A stretch of DNA of 64,000 bases, from contig ONJC01000007.1 in assembly GCA_900318035.1 (NCBI GenBank), positions 2,015-66,014 on the forward strand. The letters are read 5' to 3'. Below the pieces are notes generated by a model that saw nothing but the letters and a program-made list of their open reading frames with translations, was not told where the DNA came from and ran no database searches. Source of the stretch: an uncultured Methanobrevibacter sp. Lineage in GTDB: Archaea > Methanobacteriota > Methanobacteria > Methanobacteriales > Methanobacteriaceae. Below, one piece after another: positions 19,998-30,809 of the stretch (position 1 is its first letter; each line of letters opens with the position of its first letter). A program made the position numbers and the translations under genes.

Positions 19998-21641
19998 TTA
20001 TTTCACATATATCTTTACAGTTTTCGTAACCGTTTTGTAATATCTATCTCCAAATTTAACTTTTGCAGAGTAAGTACCTTTTTTAGTCAATTTTGAAAGT
20101 GTTAATGTTGCTTTACCATTTTTATTGGTTTTAGCGGAATAGGTCTTACCATCAACTACAACAGACACCTTTTTATTTTTCAAAACATTATTATTGTAAC
20201 CTTTCAGACTTACGGAATATTTTTTAATGGCTTTCACTTTGAATGTTTTTTTGCCGGCAACAATTTTAGGAGTCAGTTTTTTAATAACGATTTTTGAGAC
20301 CTTGGATGATTTAAAAATCTTGCTATTTCCCTGATATTCAATTTTTGCATAATATGTATTCGGCAAAAGGTACTTTGTTGACATTTTAACTTTACCATTG
20401 CTGTCAGTGAATAAATTCCTAACATCATCATTTATTTTAATTGAAATTTTAGCATTTTTAATAACTTTGCCGTTTGCAGTTAATTTAACAGACAGACACT
20501 TGTTGGATTTATAAAGTGCATTAATCTTATTGGATGACAATTTAGATGGGGACAATGTTTTTGTATTATAATAATTGTTTTGGGTTGAATTTGCATAGTT
20601 ATTGCTGAATTTACAGTCACAAATCGCCCCATTATATAGTGCACCGCCTTTAATTTTAGCACTGTTGTTTTTAAAATTGGAGTTTTTTGCATCAGCATCA
20701 TATAATGCTCCACCGTAGTCTGCTTTGTTGTTTATGAAATTACAATTTAGGGCAGCATAGTCATCATCATCAAAAGCATCATCCCTATCCACATAAATAG
20801 CTCCGCCATACACCGCAGAATTATTCATGAAAATTGAATTTAGCGTATCTTCAAAATCATAATGCATATACATGTAAACTGCACCACCATATTTAGCGTA
20901 ATTGTCAATGAACCTACAATTAACAACAGGTGCGGTGTTTACAGCCCCACCATATAGACTGGCGAAATTGGATTCAAAATAACAGTTTTCACATGCAAAA
21001 CAGAACCATAACGCACCACCATAGTCGGCATAATTATCAATGAAAGTACAGTTATATACTGACCCGTAATACATGGCACCGCCCCAGTAAGATGCTCCGT
21101 TATTTATAAATGTACAATCTCTAGCAGTACCGTTGTGCATTGCACCGGCATTTACTGCATAATTATCTTTAAAAGTACAATTGATACATGTAGAATAGCC
21201 ATATATTGCTCCTCCGTTAATCTCATTTGCATCATAGCCGACTTTACCGTTGATGAAAGTGATATTTTTAAAAATCACATTCTTATTTTTAACCATAAAA
21301 ATTCTAGCATTATTATTGCCGTCCAACGTATGGCCTTTTCCGTCAATTGTTACTTTACGAGTGATTTTAATTCCCTCTACAAAATTAGAGTCATTTTTTG
21401 AGTTGAATGTATAATCAGACTTTAAATAAATTTTAGACTTGGTATTATCATTGATATCATGATTTAAATCCTTGAATGTTTTAGTGTTATCTGATAATGC
21501 TTCTTCATCAATACTTACAATAACATCACCGCTATCATCAACTTCTGTTGAATTCAAATCAGCTGCACTGACTATTGACAATCCAGTGAGAATTATTGTT
21601 AAACATAAAAGAAAAATTAACAGATGGTTTTTACCAGACAT
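19998..21641 (-). CDS. Adhesin-like protein with GGA(I/L/M/V)Y beta-helix repeats
   Basis: AAGGAGGT RBS before ATG 21641; signal peptide; TFKDLN...IDGKGHTLDG; many FxxNxA.YGGA repeats; basic C-terminal Ig-like domain. Confidence 0.88.
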   Translation of the reverse strand: MSGKNHLLIFLLCLTIILTGLSIVSAADLNSTEVDDSGDVIVSIDEEALSDNTKTFKDLNHDINDNTKSKIYLKSDYTFNSKNDSNFVEGIKITRKVTIDGKGHTLDGNNNARIFMVKNKNVIFKNITFINGKVGYDANEINGGAIYGYSTCINCTFKDNYAVNAGAMHNGTARDCTFINNGASYWGGAMYYGSVYNCTFIDNYADYGGALWFCFACENCYFESNFASLYGGAVNTAPVVNCRFIDNYAKYGGAVYMYMHYDFEDTLNSIFMNNSAVYGGAIYVDRDDAFDDDDYAALNCNFINNKADYGGALYDADAKNSNFKNNSAKIKGGALYNGAICDCKFSNNYANSTQNNYYNTKTLSPSKLSSNKINALYKSNKCLSVKLTANGKVIKNAKISIKINDDVRNLFTDSNGKVKMSTKYLLPNTYYAKIEYQGNSKIFKSSKVSKIVIKKLTPKIVAGKKTFKVKAIKKYSVSLKGYNNNVLKNKKVSVVVDGKTYSAKTNKNGKATLTLSKLTKKGTYSAKVKFGDRYYKTVTKTVKIYVK

Positions 21642-22012
21642 AACTTTTACCTCCTTAAAATCAAATAAGTGTTTTAACATGAACCGGCAGTCATATTTTC
21701 ATTTTGCACTAACTGTTGAAAACATAATATGGGAAATTATACTAATGACTAGCAAATCCTATCTGTAATTCATGTTAAAAAAAACCCCATAAATTCCTTT
21801 AATTAATACAATCTATATTATAACAATTATTAAAAGATTTGGGTATTTTATCTTAATTTTAGACGAAAGAAAAAACTTTATATCAAAAAAGATTAAAAAA
21901 TCTATGAAATTCATAGAAAATATACATTACATTATCAGAAATCAAAATTCAAAAAAAATATTGCATATATTTGGCGAGAAAAAATTCCATTTTAAAAAAT
22001 AAAAGAGTGAAG

Positions 22013-24322
22013 CTATAATTCAGCTTCATCCAACTCTTCGATTTTTTTATCAAAGTCTGTCAATTTACGGGCAAGACCTGAGAAATATGGAATATATACT
22101 TTTGAAAACGTAATCCTGTCCGGATTTTCACCCATTTCAGAGATTCTATCTTTAACTCCCTGTATTTTACGTTCAACTTCATCATACATCAAATCACCAG
22201 GGAATTCACCGATGAACACTCCGTCAGCACCGTTATCCAGTGCATAGTGAATATGCTTTGGACTTACACGATTTACTGAAATGACTTTAATGATATGGAT
22301 TGATTCCGGATATTTGAGTCTGTTAACACCAATGTTATCAGCTGCAGTGTATCCTATGTTATCTAAAAATACAAGTATCATGCGCTCACCATCCTGCTTT
22401 TTAGACAATACTCCCTTGATGGTAGCTAATATCTTCTCGTCAATGTTACCGTTTACATGAATAGCCATTTGCTTACATCCGACAAGACATTTTCCGCAAC
22501 CGGTACAGCTCATAGGATCTATGTAGATTTCATCATTCTGAATGCTCATTGATTTGTATTTACAACGCGCTATACATTCACCGCAAACGGTACACTTTTC
22601 AGTGTCGATTTCAGCAATGAACGGTTCGATTTCAACACCGCCATAATTGTATTCGCTGACCTTTGCTGCAGCTGCTGTGGCCTGCATGATTGAATCTGTT
22701 ATGTCTTTAGGGTCATGAGCAGTTCCGCAGACGAAAATTCCCTGAACATCAGTTGCTATCGGCTTGATTTTCGGATGGGATTCCTTGATAAAACCGTCTT
22801 CAGTTGTTCCAACATTCAAGATTTCAGCTATTTCCTTTGTACCTTCTGAAGGTTCCATTGCTGTTGAAAGCACTACCATGTCTGCTTCGATTTCTACAAA
22901 TTCCCCTTTCAAGGTATCTTCAGTTCTTACGATGAAATTGTCTCCTTTTTTGACCACTTCGCCCGGACGGCCTCTCATGAATCTCACTTCATTTTCCTGA
23001 GTGTGTTTGTAGTATTTTTCAAACATTCCCGGAGTTCTGATATCCGTATAGCATATTAAAACATCAGTATCAGGGTATTTGTGCTTTATGATGTTGGCAT
23101 TCTTTAGGGCTACCGTACAGCATATTTTTGAACAGTACCTGTGTCCGTCCGGCTTTTCATCTCTTGAACCGACACACTGTATCATTACAACACGTTTTGG
23201 AACTTCACCGTTTGATTTAAGAAGTTTTCCTTTTGTAGGGCCGTTCACTCCAGTGATACGTCCCAATTCTGATTGGGTAATTACATCATCATATCTTGTA
23301 TAACCGTATTCCGGACGTTTATCCATGTCAAAGAGCTTATGGCCTGTCGCCACGATAATTGATCCTACCTGAAGAGGAATCCTTTCAGGTTTTCCCCTTA
23401 ACTTGATTGCCTTCATGGTACATGCCTTAACACAGTTACTGCATTTAGTACAGTTGTCCATGTCAATAACATAGCTTTCAGGATAAGATTGGCCGAACGG
23501 CCTGTAGATTGCTTTTCTTGTGGAGAGATTGTCATTCCAGTCATTCGGAACTTCCACTTCACATGCCTCTGCACATTTTCCGCATGCAATACACTTTTCC
23601 GTGTCAACATATCTTGGGGATTTCTCCAAAATCAGATTATATGTTCCCGCCCTTCTTTCAGCTTCAATGACTTTAGTGTTTGTTAAAACACAAATATTTT
23701 CATTCCAGACAAGCTCATTTAGAATTGGATTTAAAAGACACATTCCGCATTCTTCGGCTATTTTGACCGGTGAGAAAACCTTACCGATTTTGGCCATATG
23801 TCCTCCTATTGAAGGTGACTGCTCTATCAATGTTACCTTAATTCCCTGCTTTGCAAGTGACAGTGCAGCATTCATTCCTGCAATTCCTCCTCCGATGACT
23901 GCAACTTCGTCTGGAGTTTGGCAGTAAATCGGATCTACCGAATCGGATTGCTTTACCTTTTCAATGGATGCATTAATTAGAGTAATTGCTTTGGCGGTTG
24001 CCTTTTGCTTGTCATCATGAACCCATGAACATTGCTCCCTTATGTTAGCCATGTCCATAAGATAAGGATTTAGAGGTTTTACATAGTCCTGAAATGTTTT
24101 TTCATGGGAAATTGGTGAACATGCCGCAACTACAACACGGTCAAGGTCATGGTCAAATATTGCATCACGAATTATCTTACGGCCATTTAAGGAACATAAG
24201 TTCTCAAACTGGCCGACGAATTCTACATCAAGCTCCTGTCTGACTTTGTCCAAATCAACAATATCTGCTATATTTCCTCCACATTCACATAAAAACACGC
24301 CAACTTTCAAATCATCCCTCAT
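22013..24322 (-). CDS. hdrA: Heterodisulfide reductase subunit A with fused MvhD-like C-terminal domain
   Basis: GVFLCECG, NIREQCSWVH, IGGGIAG, QCVGSRD, YCSKICC and ferredoxin motifs; C-terminal GYTAAD...GADGVF. Confidence 0.93.
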   Translation of the reverse strand: MRDDLKVGVFLCECGGNIADIVDLDKVRQELDVEFVGQFENLCSLNGRKIIRDAIFDHDLDRVVVAACSPISHEKTFQDYVKPLNPYLMDMANIREQCSWVHDDKQKATAKAITLINASIEKVKQSDSVDPIYCQTPDEVAVIGGGIAGMNAALSLAKQGIKVTLIEQSPSIGGHMAKIGKVFSPVKIAEECGMCLLNPILNELVWNENICVLTNTKVIEAERRAGTYNLILEKSPRYVDTEKCIACGKCAEACEVEVPNDWNDNLSTRKAIYRPFGQSYPESYVIDMDNCTKCSNCVKACTMKAIKLRGKPERIPLQVGSIIVATGHKLFDMDKRPEYGYTRYDDVITQSELGRITGVNGPTKGKLLKSNGEVPKRVVMIQCVGSRDEKPDGHRYCSKICCTVALKNANIIKHKYPDTDVLICYTDIRTPGMFEKYYKHTQENEVRFMRGRPGEVVKKGDNFIVRTEDTLKGEFVEIEADMVVLSTAMEPSEGTKEIAEILNVGTTEDGFIKESHPKIKPIATDVQGIFVCGTAHDPKDITDSIMQATAAAAKVSEYNYGGVEIEPFIAEIDTEKCTVCGECIARCKYKSMSIQNDEIYIDPMSCTGCGKCLVGCKQMAIHVNGNIDEKILATIKGVLSKKQDGERMILVFLDNIGYTAADNIGVNRLKYPESIHIIKVISVNRVSPKHIHYALDNGADGVFIGEFPGDLMYDEVERKIQGVKDRISEMGENPDRITFSKVYIPYFSGLARKLTDFDKKIEELDEAEL

Positions 24323-25260
24323 TTTTCAACCTCCTTCAACTCCTTGATTACTGAATCTATCGGCACGGTATGGGCTTTTTGTCCAATTACCTTATCCAAA
24401 TCTCCCCCCATAGCCAGTGCTAAAAATTGTGATATATTAAGGTGTATTGCCCTGAAATTTCTTCCTTCACGTTCCCCAATCAGATGCTGATACCTGTCAA
24501 ACTGAATATGACAGTTCGGGCATAAATGAACTAAAATATCAACATCTTCATCTGCTATTGCATTCATCTTATCTGCAGTAGCATTAAATGACAAATCAGG
24601 ATTGGAATACCTTTGTCTGAAACCTGTTCCACAGGTTGCTCTCTTGTGGTCATACCATCCGATTGTCTTGCAGCCGCATTCCTCAATGAGCTCATCCATG
24701 ATGTTTGGATCCCTTACACCGCCGATAGTGTCTTCATAGTGCACTTTGCAGTAATGGCATCCATGGTGAGTGGCTATAGTATAATCACTTAAATCATATT
24801 TAATATTATCCTTAATTTTATCCTTCTTACCGTAAAGAATATCAACTACATGGAAAATGTTTTCTGTAGGCTTCAAATCATCTTTTTCATATTTCAAATG
24901 AGATAAGCCGTTTTCATCAAATAATTTGTTAATGTGCTCTCTTAAATCATCTTTCTTATTTAACAGTTTCACTGATTTTTTGTTGATTGCATAACAGGTT
25001 GCACACATCATGACCATGTTCGGCCTTCCAAGTTCTTTAGCTATTTTAAAATTACGTGCTCCAATTGCTGATGTGTCTATCTGGTTGAATACATCTGAAT
25101 AATGTCCAAGACCTGTACAGCATGTCTGTTTTTCTGAAATTGAATAGTCAATTCCAAGCTTGTCGAAAACAAATTTTGTTGAAGCCTCCACTCCAGGATA
25201 TTCAACGCTTACAAGACAGCTTCGAAAAAGTAAAATGTCCTTATCGGGAATGTTCTTCAT
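24319..25260 (-). CDS. hdrB: Heterodisulfide reductase subunit B
   Basis: YPGVE, TCC, CATC, HHGCHY and CPNCHIQFD CCG-domain motifs. Confidence 0.9.
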   Translation of the reverse strand: MKNIPDKDILLFRSCLVSVEYPGVEASTKFVFDKLGIDYSISEKQTCCTGLGHYSDVFNQIDTSAIGARNFKIAKELGRPNMVMMCATCYAINKKSVKLLNKKDDLREHINKLFDENGLSHLKYEKDDLKPTENIFHVVDILYGKKDKIKDNIKYDLSDYTIATHHGCHYCKVHYEDTIGGVRDPNIMDELIEECGCKTIGWYDHKRATCGTGFRQRYSNPDLSFNATADKMNAIADEDVDILVHLCPNCHIQFDRYQHLIGEREGRNFRAIHLNISQFLALAMGGDLDKVIGQKAHTVPIDSVIKELKEVEK

Positions 25261-25858
25261 TGTCTCCCTCCTGAGATGCTCTTATCTTTTCAATTTTTGC
25301 TTTAAAACCTGTTATTGTTAATATTTTACTGACTTCATCAATTACATCATCAGATGGCATTAATGGAGGATCCAACTCCAGTTCATTTCTTATTTCGTCA
25401 AGATGCTGTCTGAAATCCCACCATCCAGGAACATCACGGTCGATGTCTGTAAAAAATATTTCTGGAATTGCTCCGATTGCCGCTGTGAAGTATGAATCCG
25501 CAAAGCCCATATATTCATAGAGCTTTTCATATCCCATTTCATTTTCGATAGCAATCTGCTTTAGAATCTGGTTTACTTCACATACGCTGTTTCCGACCGG
25601 ACAGACGCTGTGGCATGTGTAGCAGTAAAAACAGTTCCAGATATTGTCATCTTCTAAAATTGTTTCATCACCATCCAGGACTCTTTCAATAATTTCACGC
25701 GGATTATAATCTGAGTGACGGGCAGCGGGACATGTTGATGTGCACATTCCGCACTGAACGCATTTCAAAACTCCCTCATCTTTTGAATTTTTCACATCGT
25801 TAATGATTTCCACTGCAAACTCGATTGGTGAATCTGTTATCTTTTGCTGACTGGACAA
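25241..25858 (-). CDS. hdrC: Heterodisulfide reductase subunit C
   Basis: CVQCGMCTSTCP and WNCFYCYTCHSVCP; TTG start. Confidence 0.9.
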   Translation of the reverse strand: MSSQQKITDSPIEFAVEIINDVKNSKDEGVLKCVQCGMCTSTCPAARHSDYNPREIIERVLDGDETILEDDNIWNCFYCYTCHSVCPVGNSVCEVNQILKQIAIENEMGYEKLYEYMGFADSYFTAAIGAIPEIFFTDIDRDVPGWWDFRQHLDEIRNELELDPPLMPSDDVIDEVSKILTITGFKAKIEKIRASQEGDNEEHSR

Positions 25859-25867
25859 ATTAACACC

Positions 25868-27130
25868 TCATAACTTAAACTCTTTTGATTCAATCATTTT
25901 TTTCAGTTTTAAGGACAGTTTATTTGCCCTTAATCTGTCTGATTGTCTGCATATGATTGGAATATTAACATCTCGGCCGTTAATGTTCAAATCAACGCTG
26001 CCTATGTCCATATCAAATGCATCATTTTTACAGTAACTGACACACATTCCGCATCCGTAACAGTGTGCAATGTTTAATTTCTCTTTTTTAAACGCATTTG
26101 TCGGACAGATATCTTCAACAATACAACTATCACATTTTGAACAGTTATCCCGATTATATTGAGGTCTTAAGTCATATTCTCCCCAAAGCTTAGCATAATT
26201 GGTTTCAGCAAGCGGCAAATGGCGTCCTTTAATATCCGCTACAGGTATGTCAACCATATCATCGGTTATTAAAAGATTATTATAGATTTCCTCATTCAAT
26301 ACAGGTATTGGAATAGCTACAGTATCATATATTTCTCCGCCCTGACCTGTCCTGAATCCTCCTATATAGTATGGATCCATTTTACACAAATCTGCAGACA
26401 GCATAAGATTCGGTTTTTCTGCACTAGATCTTGTGCCGTCACCCAATATGTATCCCTGAGCCCCATTTATCAGAACTTTTGAGCCTTCTTTTATTACATT
26501 GTGAGGAATATCGTTTTGAAGAGGATTTAAATCTCCGCAACCTGAAAATGTCAGACCCCTTAAGTTACCTTCAAGAGGTGTTGCAGCGAATATGGAACTA
26601 ACTGCTTCCTTGTTTGGATTTGTAAATGCAGTATAATTTTTAAATGCCATACGTGCACCTATAATTTGTCCACGGGTGATATCTTCTATGGTTATTGTGT
26701 TTTCAATTGTTTTGCCGTCGGCGCTTTCTACACGTACATCAATTTCCCTACCTTCAAGAAGGTCTTTCAGCAGGAATCCTCCACCATAGCTTTCATCATG
26801 AATCGAATGTGCGGTTCCGTGAAGTATTGCATCCACTGAACCCAGCCATTCGTTTGGACATGGCCCTGCATATGCGGGCACTCCATTTAGATAAACTTCA
26901 GATGCCCTTATGAATTCTCCGGGCTCTGACACTATAAAGTTTAGAATGGCGGCAGTTCCACTCATTACTCCACAGGTCCCTGTTGTTACAACATCAACTT
27001 CTTCGAAATTTGGAGCGTTTCCTTTCTTTATTAGTTTTTTGAATTCATCGGCAGTATAGATATTAGCTTCGCCCTTTTCAATCTTTTCATTGATTTGGGC
27101 CATGGTACGATTTTCAGTCAATTTAATCAA
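25868..27130 (-). CDS. Methanogenesis marker 16 metalloprotein (DUF39-related with ferredoxin domain)
   Basis: INEKIEKGEA, VDVVTTGTCGVMSG, GPCPNEWLG, SGCGDLNPLQND and two CxxCxxC motifs. Confidence 0.8.
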   Translation of the reverse strand: MIKLTENRTMAQINEKIEKGEANIYTADEFKKLIKKGNAPNFEEVDVVTTGTCGVMSGTAAILNFIVSEPGEFIRASEVYLNGVPAYAGPCPNEWLGSVDAILHGTAHSIHDESYGGGFLLKDLLEGREIDVRVESADGKTIENTITIEDITRGQIIGARMAFKNYTAFTNPNKEAVSSIFAATPLEGNLRGLTFSGCGDLNPLQNDIPHNVIKEGSKVLINGAQGYILGDGTRSSAEKPNLMLSADLCKMDPYYIGGFRTGQGGEIYDTVAIPIPVLNEEIYNNLLITDDMVDIPVADIKGRHLPLAETNYAKLWGEYDLRPQYNRDNCSKCDSCIVEDICPTNAFKKEKLNIAHCYGCGMCVSYCKNDAFDMDIGSVDLNINGRDVNIPIICRQSDRLRANKLSLKLKKMIESKEFKL

Positions 27131-27133
27131 CCT

Positions 27134-27904
27134 TTATATTTTTCCCAGAGTATCTCCCCTTAATCCTCTCCTTAACGTTTCAAGAGATGTGATGTCATCT
27201 GAGGAGACATTTCCTAAATTAACAGTGTTTCCAAGTTTTAAAATGAAAAATACCTGTTGGTCCTTGTTAGGTGCTTCCCAAAGTATTTTATTAGAGTCAA
27301 AGTTATCAAGAATATAGTCAATTTCATCTTCTTTTGCTTTTCCAGCTTCATCAAATATTCCTATGTTTTTTCCGCCTTCCCTTGCTTCTACAATAATCAA
27401 TGAAGAGCCGGCATCCAGTTCTTCCTGCATGTATTGAATTCTCTCATCCAATGAAAGTTCCTTATCAAGATTAGGATCTTTTTTTCCGACTTCTGACAAG
27501 ACTTCAAATCCGTTGTCCTTAGCCATTTCAATGCATTCTACCTTCTTGTCATGAGCGATATTTGTTGAACCGTCAGATACTTCAATGGCCGGAAAACCCA
27601 ACATGTGAGCCTCATCGAAGAATTGCTCCAGTTTGTCATTCATGTAAGCCAGTTCAAATAATGTCCCTCCTGTATATGGAGTTATGTCATGTTCCTTATA
27701 CATTTTGACTTTTGCTTTGATTATTTCCTGTTCATGTACGATTGAAGTTCCCCAGCCGAATTTTAAATAGTCTACATATTCTCCGGAAATATCCATTAAA
27801 CTACTTGCAGTTTCAAGACCAAGTCCCTTATCTAAAACCATAGTAATTCCACAATTTCTAGGTTTTTCCTCTCTTTTTTTGGATAAAAATTCAAAAGACT
27901 TCAA
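27134..27904 (-). CDS. comA: Phosphosulfolactate synthase
   Basis: KPR..GITMVLDKG, KFGWGTS, EVGKK, EAREGG and LETLRRGLRGDT motifs. Confidence 0.95.
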   Translation of the reverse strand: MKSFEFLSKKREEKPRNCGITMVLDKGLGLETASSLMDISGEYVDYLKFGWGTSIVHEQEIIKAKVKMYKEHDITPYTGGTLFELAYMNDKLEQFFDEAHMLGFPAIEVSDGSTNIAHDKKVECIEMAKDNGFEVLSEVGKKDPNLDKELSLDERIQYMQEELDAGSSLIIVEAREGGKNIGIFDEAGKAKEDEIDYILDNFDSNKILWEAPNKDQQVFFILKLGNTVNLGNVSSDDITSLETLRRGLRGDTLGKI

Positions 27905-28045
27905 AATATCACGCGTGTTATGTTTAATTTTTTATATAATAATATAAAATTATAGTATTTAAATGTTATTAAGAGTTTGGTTTCTAAAAAAATTAAAGGT
28001 CTTTATACGGGTATTAAAAAAAATGAAGTAAAAAAAGAAAAGAAG

Positions 28046-28333
28046 TTAGTCCGCACGAAGTTCATTTTCTGACCTTTTAACAAGATCTGAAAGGGAATTG
28101 CGAACATTTTCAGGAATAGAGTTATCTTCCTTATCGGCTATTACTTGAGCGATGATTTTACACAAAACAAATATGGCATGCTTATGTTCTGCCTTTGTTT
28201 TATGAATATGGTGTGGGCTAATTTTGAGTGTGATGTATTCACTACAATCATTGGTAATTTGGTCATCTTCTGCTAAATATTTTAAAACGTATACTAAAAA
28301 TTGATGTAATTGAATCATTTCGTCTTTGTACAT
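28046..28333 (-). CDS. UPF0058 family protein
   Basis: MYKDEMIQLHQFL and ISPHHIHKTKAEHKHAIF. Confidence 0.85.
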   Translation of the reverse strand: MYKDEMIQLHQFLVYVLKYLAEDDQITNDCSEYITLKISPHHIHKTKAEHKHAIFVLCKIIAQVIADKEDNSIPENVRNSLSDLVKRSENELRAD

Positions 28334-28654
28334 ATATATCCTAACCCATTTAACTAATTTCTTTTAGTTAAAAATTAACTCCGATTTTTTGTATAGTTTA
28401 ATATTATATACTAATCATATTTAAATATTGCATTAAAAAATACTTTACAATGGAAATTAATCAAATATCTTTCAATATTTTTTAAATTAACCTTTAAAGT
28501 TAGTGTTAGATTTGGAAAAATTGCATGATTCATATAGATTTAAAAATATCTATTATATTATTAAAACATTGTATTAATTATTTTAAGAGATGTGATTCAG
28601 TAAAATATGATTATGAACAACAAATATCATTTAATTAATCGCTGTTTTAATATT

Positions 28655-29383
28655 TCAATAGCCTAAATTTGAACCCTCTATAAACTCATCTGTTTCGACA
28701 AGTTTTGGAAGCTTCCCAACAGTTGCGACATGCTCGCCGCAAATAATCAGTGCACCATCAAAAAATTCCCTGTAACTGTCTGCACATTCAAGTGCACCGG
28801 CAACCATATCCTGGCTGGATTCACCAGCAGCAGCGTTAGCTATTCTTGTTGCAAGACCATCACATAGAGATGCTGACCTGCCCAATACTGTAACACAGTC
28901 TGCCTTGCCGAAACTTATTGAATGGCCGATTTTACCTGATGAAGTGCAAATTCCTAGAGGCCCTTTGCGTTTTTTAATTTCAAAGGCTATGCTGTTTCCC
29001 AAAACATCATTGTTTGAATATATTCCGCAGAGAACCTTCCTATCATTGACAATGGCAATATCTCCTCCATTTTCAACAATCGAATATGAAGATCCCCTTT
29101 CAATCAGGTAATCAAGAGACAATTCAGAAATTGTACCTGCAACACATGCCATGGGTCCGACATCCGAATGACTGGAGGAGTCATACATTCTAAAAACGAT
29201 GTCTGATAAATCATCATCAGGAATTTTAAGCGGTTCAATAGCTAATGAAAAATCCTTATTTTTAAAGATATAATCCTTTAAATCATGTCTAATGTCAAAA
29301 ATATATCTTTTCAAATCATGACCCTTCAAATCGGTTGTGAGTCTGATGTGGGTTTCGCCAATGTCAATGTGTGAAAAATTCAT
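28655..29383 (-). CDS. UPF0280 family ApbE-like protein
   Basis: [17 protein letters not shown] and [14 protein letters not shown] motifs. Confidence 0.85.
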   Translation of the reverse strand: MNFSHIDIGETHIRLTTDLKGHDLKRYIFDIRHDLKDYIFKNKDFSLAIEPLKIPDDDLSDIVFRMYDSSSHSDVGPMACVAGTISELSLDYLIERGSSYSIVENGGDIAIVNDRKVLCGIYSNNDVLGNSIAFEIKKRKGPLGICTSSGKIGHSISFGKADCVTVLGRSASLCDGLATRIANAAAGESSQDMVAGALECADSYREFFDGALIICGEHVATVGKLPKLVETDEFIEGSNLGY

Positions 29384-29429
29384 GTTTAATTATTAAACTT
29401 TTATATTTATTAAAATTATATCTATAATC

Positions 29430-30809
29430 ATGAAAGCCGTAAACAAAATGCTCTGTTTGGTTGATGGTGAACACTATCTACCAGTAACTCAGGAAGCAAT
29501 AGATACATTAAATAACTTGGAACACATTGATATAGCAGGTGCAGTATTTATTGGGGGAACCGAAAAGCTTAGAGATGAATCGGAGGAAACATACTCTGAA
29601 AAACTGGGAGTTCCTGTTCAGTTTGCAAAAGATAAGGATATTCCATACGACATTATCGCCGAGATGATACGAAAATATGACATTGATACAGTATTTGATT
29701 TGAGCGACGAACCAATTCTTGATTATGCGAAAAGATTCAAGATTGCATGCAAAGTCCTCAACGAAGGAATTCCCTATGAAGGGCCGGATTTTAAATTCGA
29801 ACCAACATCACAGTATGAAATAATGGAAAAGCCTTCAATTACAATTTTAGGAACCGGAAAACGTATCGGAAAAACCGCAGTTTCAGGCTTCGTATCAAGA
29901 CTTATTGACAAGAACGGATATGAACCGTGCGTTATTGCCATGGGAAGAGGAGGGCCCGAAGAACCTGAAATCGTGCATGGTGAAGAATTAAAAATTAATG
30001 CTGAATTCCTTCTGGAACAGTCAGAAAAAGGAGTTCATGCGGCAAGCGACCATTGGGAAGATGCGTTGATGAGCAGAATATTGACCATAGGATGCAGGCG
30101 CTGTGGTGGAGGTATGGCCGGCGAAGTGTTTTTAACAAACATGAAAAAGGGCGCAAGACTTGCAAATGAAGTCAAATCCAAATTTGCAATCTTTGAAGGA
30201 AGTGGAGCGGCAATTCCTCCAATTAAAACAAACAAAAAAATCACACTGGTGGGAGCCAACCAGCCTATAGAAAACTTAACAACCTACTTTGGACCATACA
30301 GAGTAGGTATGGGCGACCTGATCATATTGACAATGTGTGAAGAGCCAATGTGTTCTGATGAAAAAATTAAGGAAATCGAGGAATTTGTAGGTGAAGTAAA
30401 TCCTGAGGCAACAGTCATCTCAACAGTGTTTCGACCAAAACCTTTAGAAGACATTTCCGGAAAAAAGGTATTGTTTGCAACAACTGCTCCTGAAGATGTT
30501 AAAGACAAACTGGTTGAGTATTTGCAAAGCAATTATGACTGTGAAATAATAGGAACAACATCACATCTATCCAACAGACCGCTTTTACGTGAGGACATGA
30601 AAAAATATATGGATCAGGCCGAAGTAATGCTTACAGAACTTAAAGCGGCAGCAGTCGATGTTGCAACAAAAGATGCAATTGCAGAGGGTCTTGAAGTGGT
30701 TTACTGCGATAACATCCCCGTGCCTATAAATGACTCATATCCTGATTTAAAGGCGTCAGTTTTAAAATTGGTTGACAGTGCAATTGATGATTTTGATAAA
30801 TCATCATAA
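29430..30809 (+). CDS. cpgS: Cyclic 2,3-diphosphoglycerate synthetase
   Basis: [33 protein letters not shown] and TELKAAAVD motifs. Confidence 0.9.
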   Translation: MKAVNKMLCLVDGEHYLPVTQEAIDTLNNLEHIDIAGAVFIGGTEKLRDESEETYSEKLGVPVQFAKDKDIPYDIIAEMIRKYDIDTVFDLSDEPILDYAKRFKIACKVLNEGIPYEGPDFKFEPTSQYEIMEKPSITILGTGKRIGKTAVSGFVSRLIDKNGYEPCVIAMGRGGPEEPEIVHGEELKINAEFLLEQSEKGVHAASDHWEDALMSRILTIGCRRCGGGMAGEVFLTNMKKGARLANEVKSKFAIFEGSGAAIPPIKTNKKITLVGANQPIENLTTYFGPYRVGMGDLIILTMCEEPMCSDEKIKEIEEFVGEVNPEATVISTVFRPKPLEDISGKKVLFATTAPEDVKDKLVEYLQSNYDCEIIGTTSHLSNRPLLREDMKKYMDQAEVMLTELKAAAVDVATKDAIAEGLEVVYCDNIPVPINDSYPDLKASVLKLVDSAIDDFDKSS

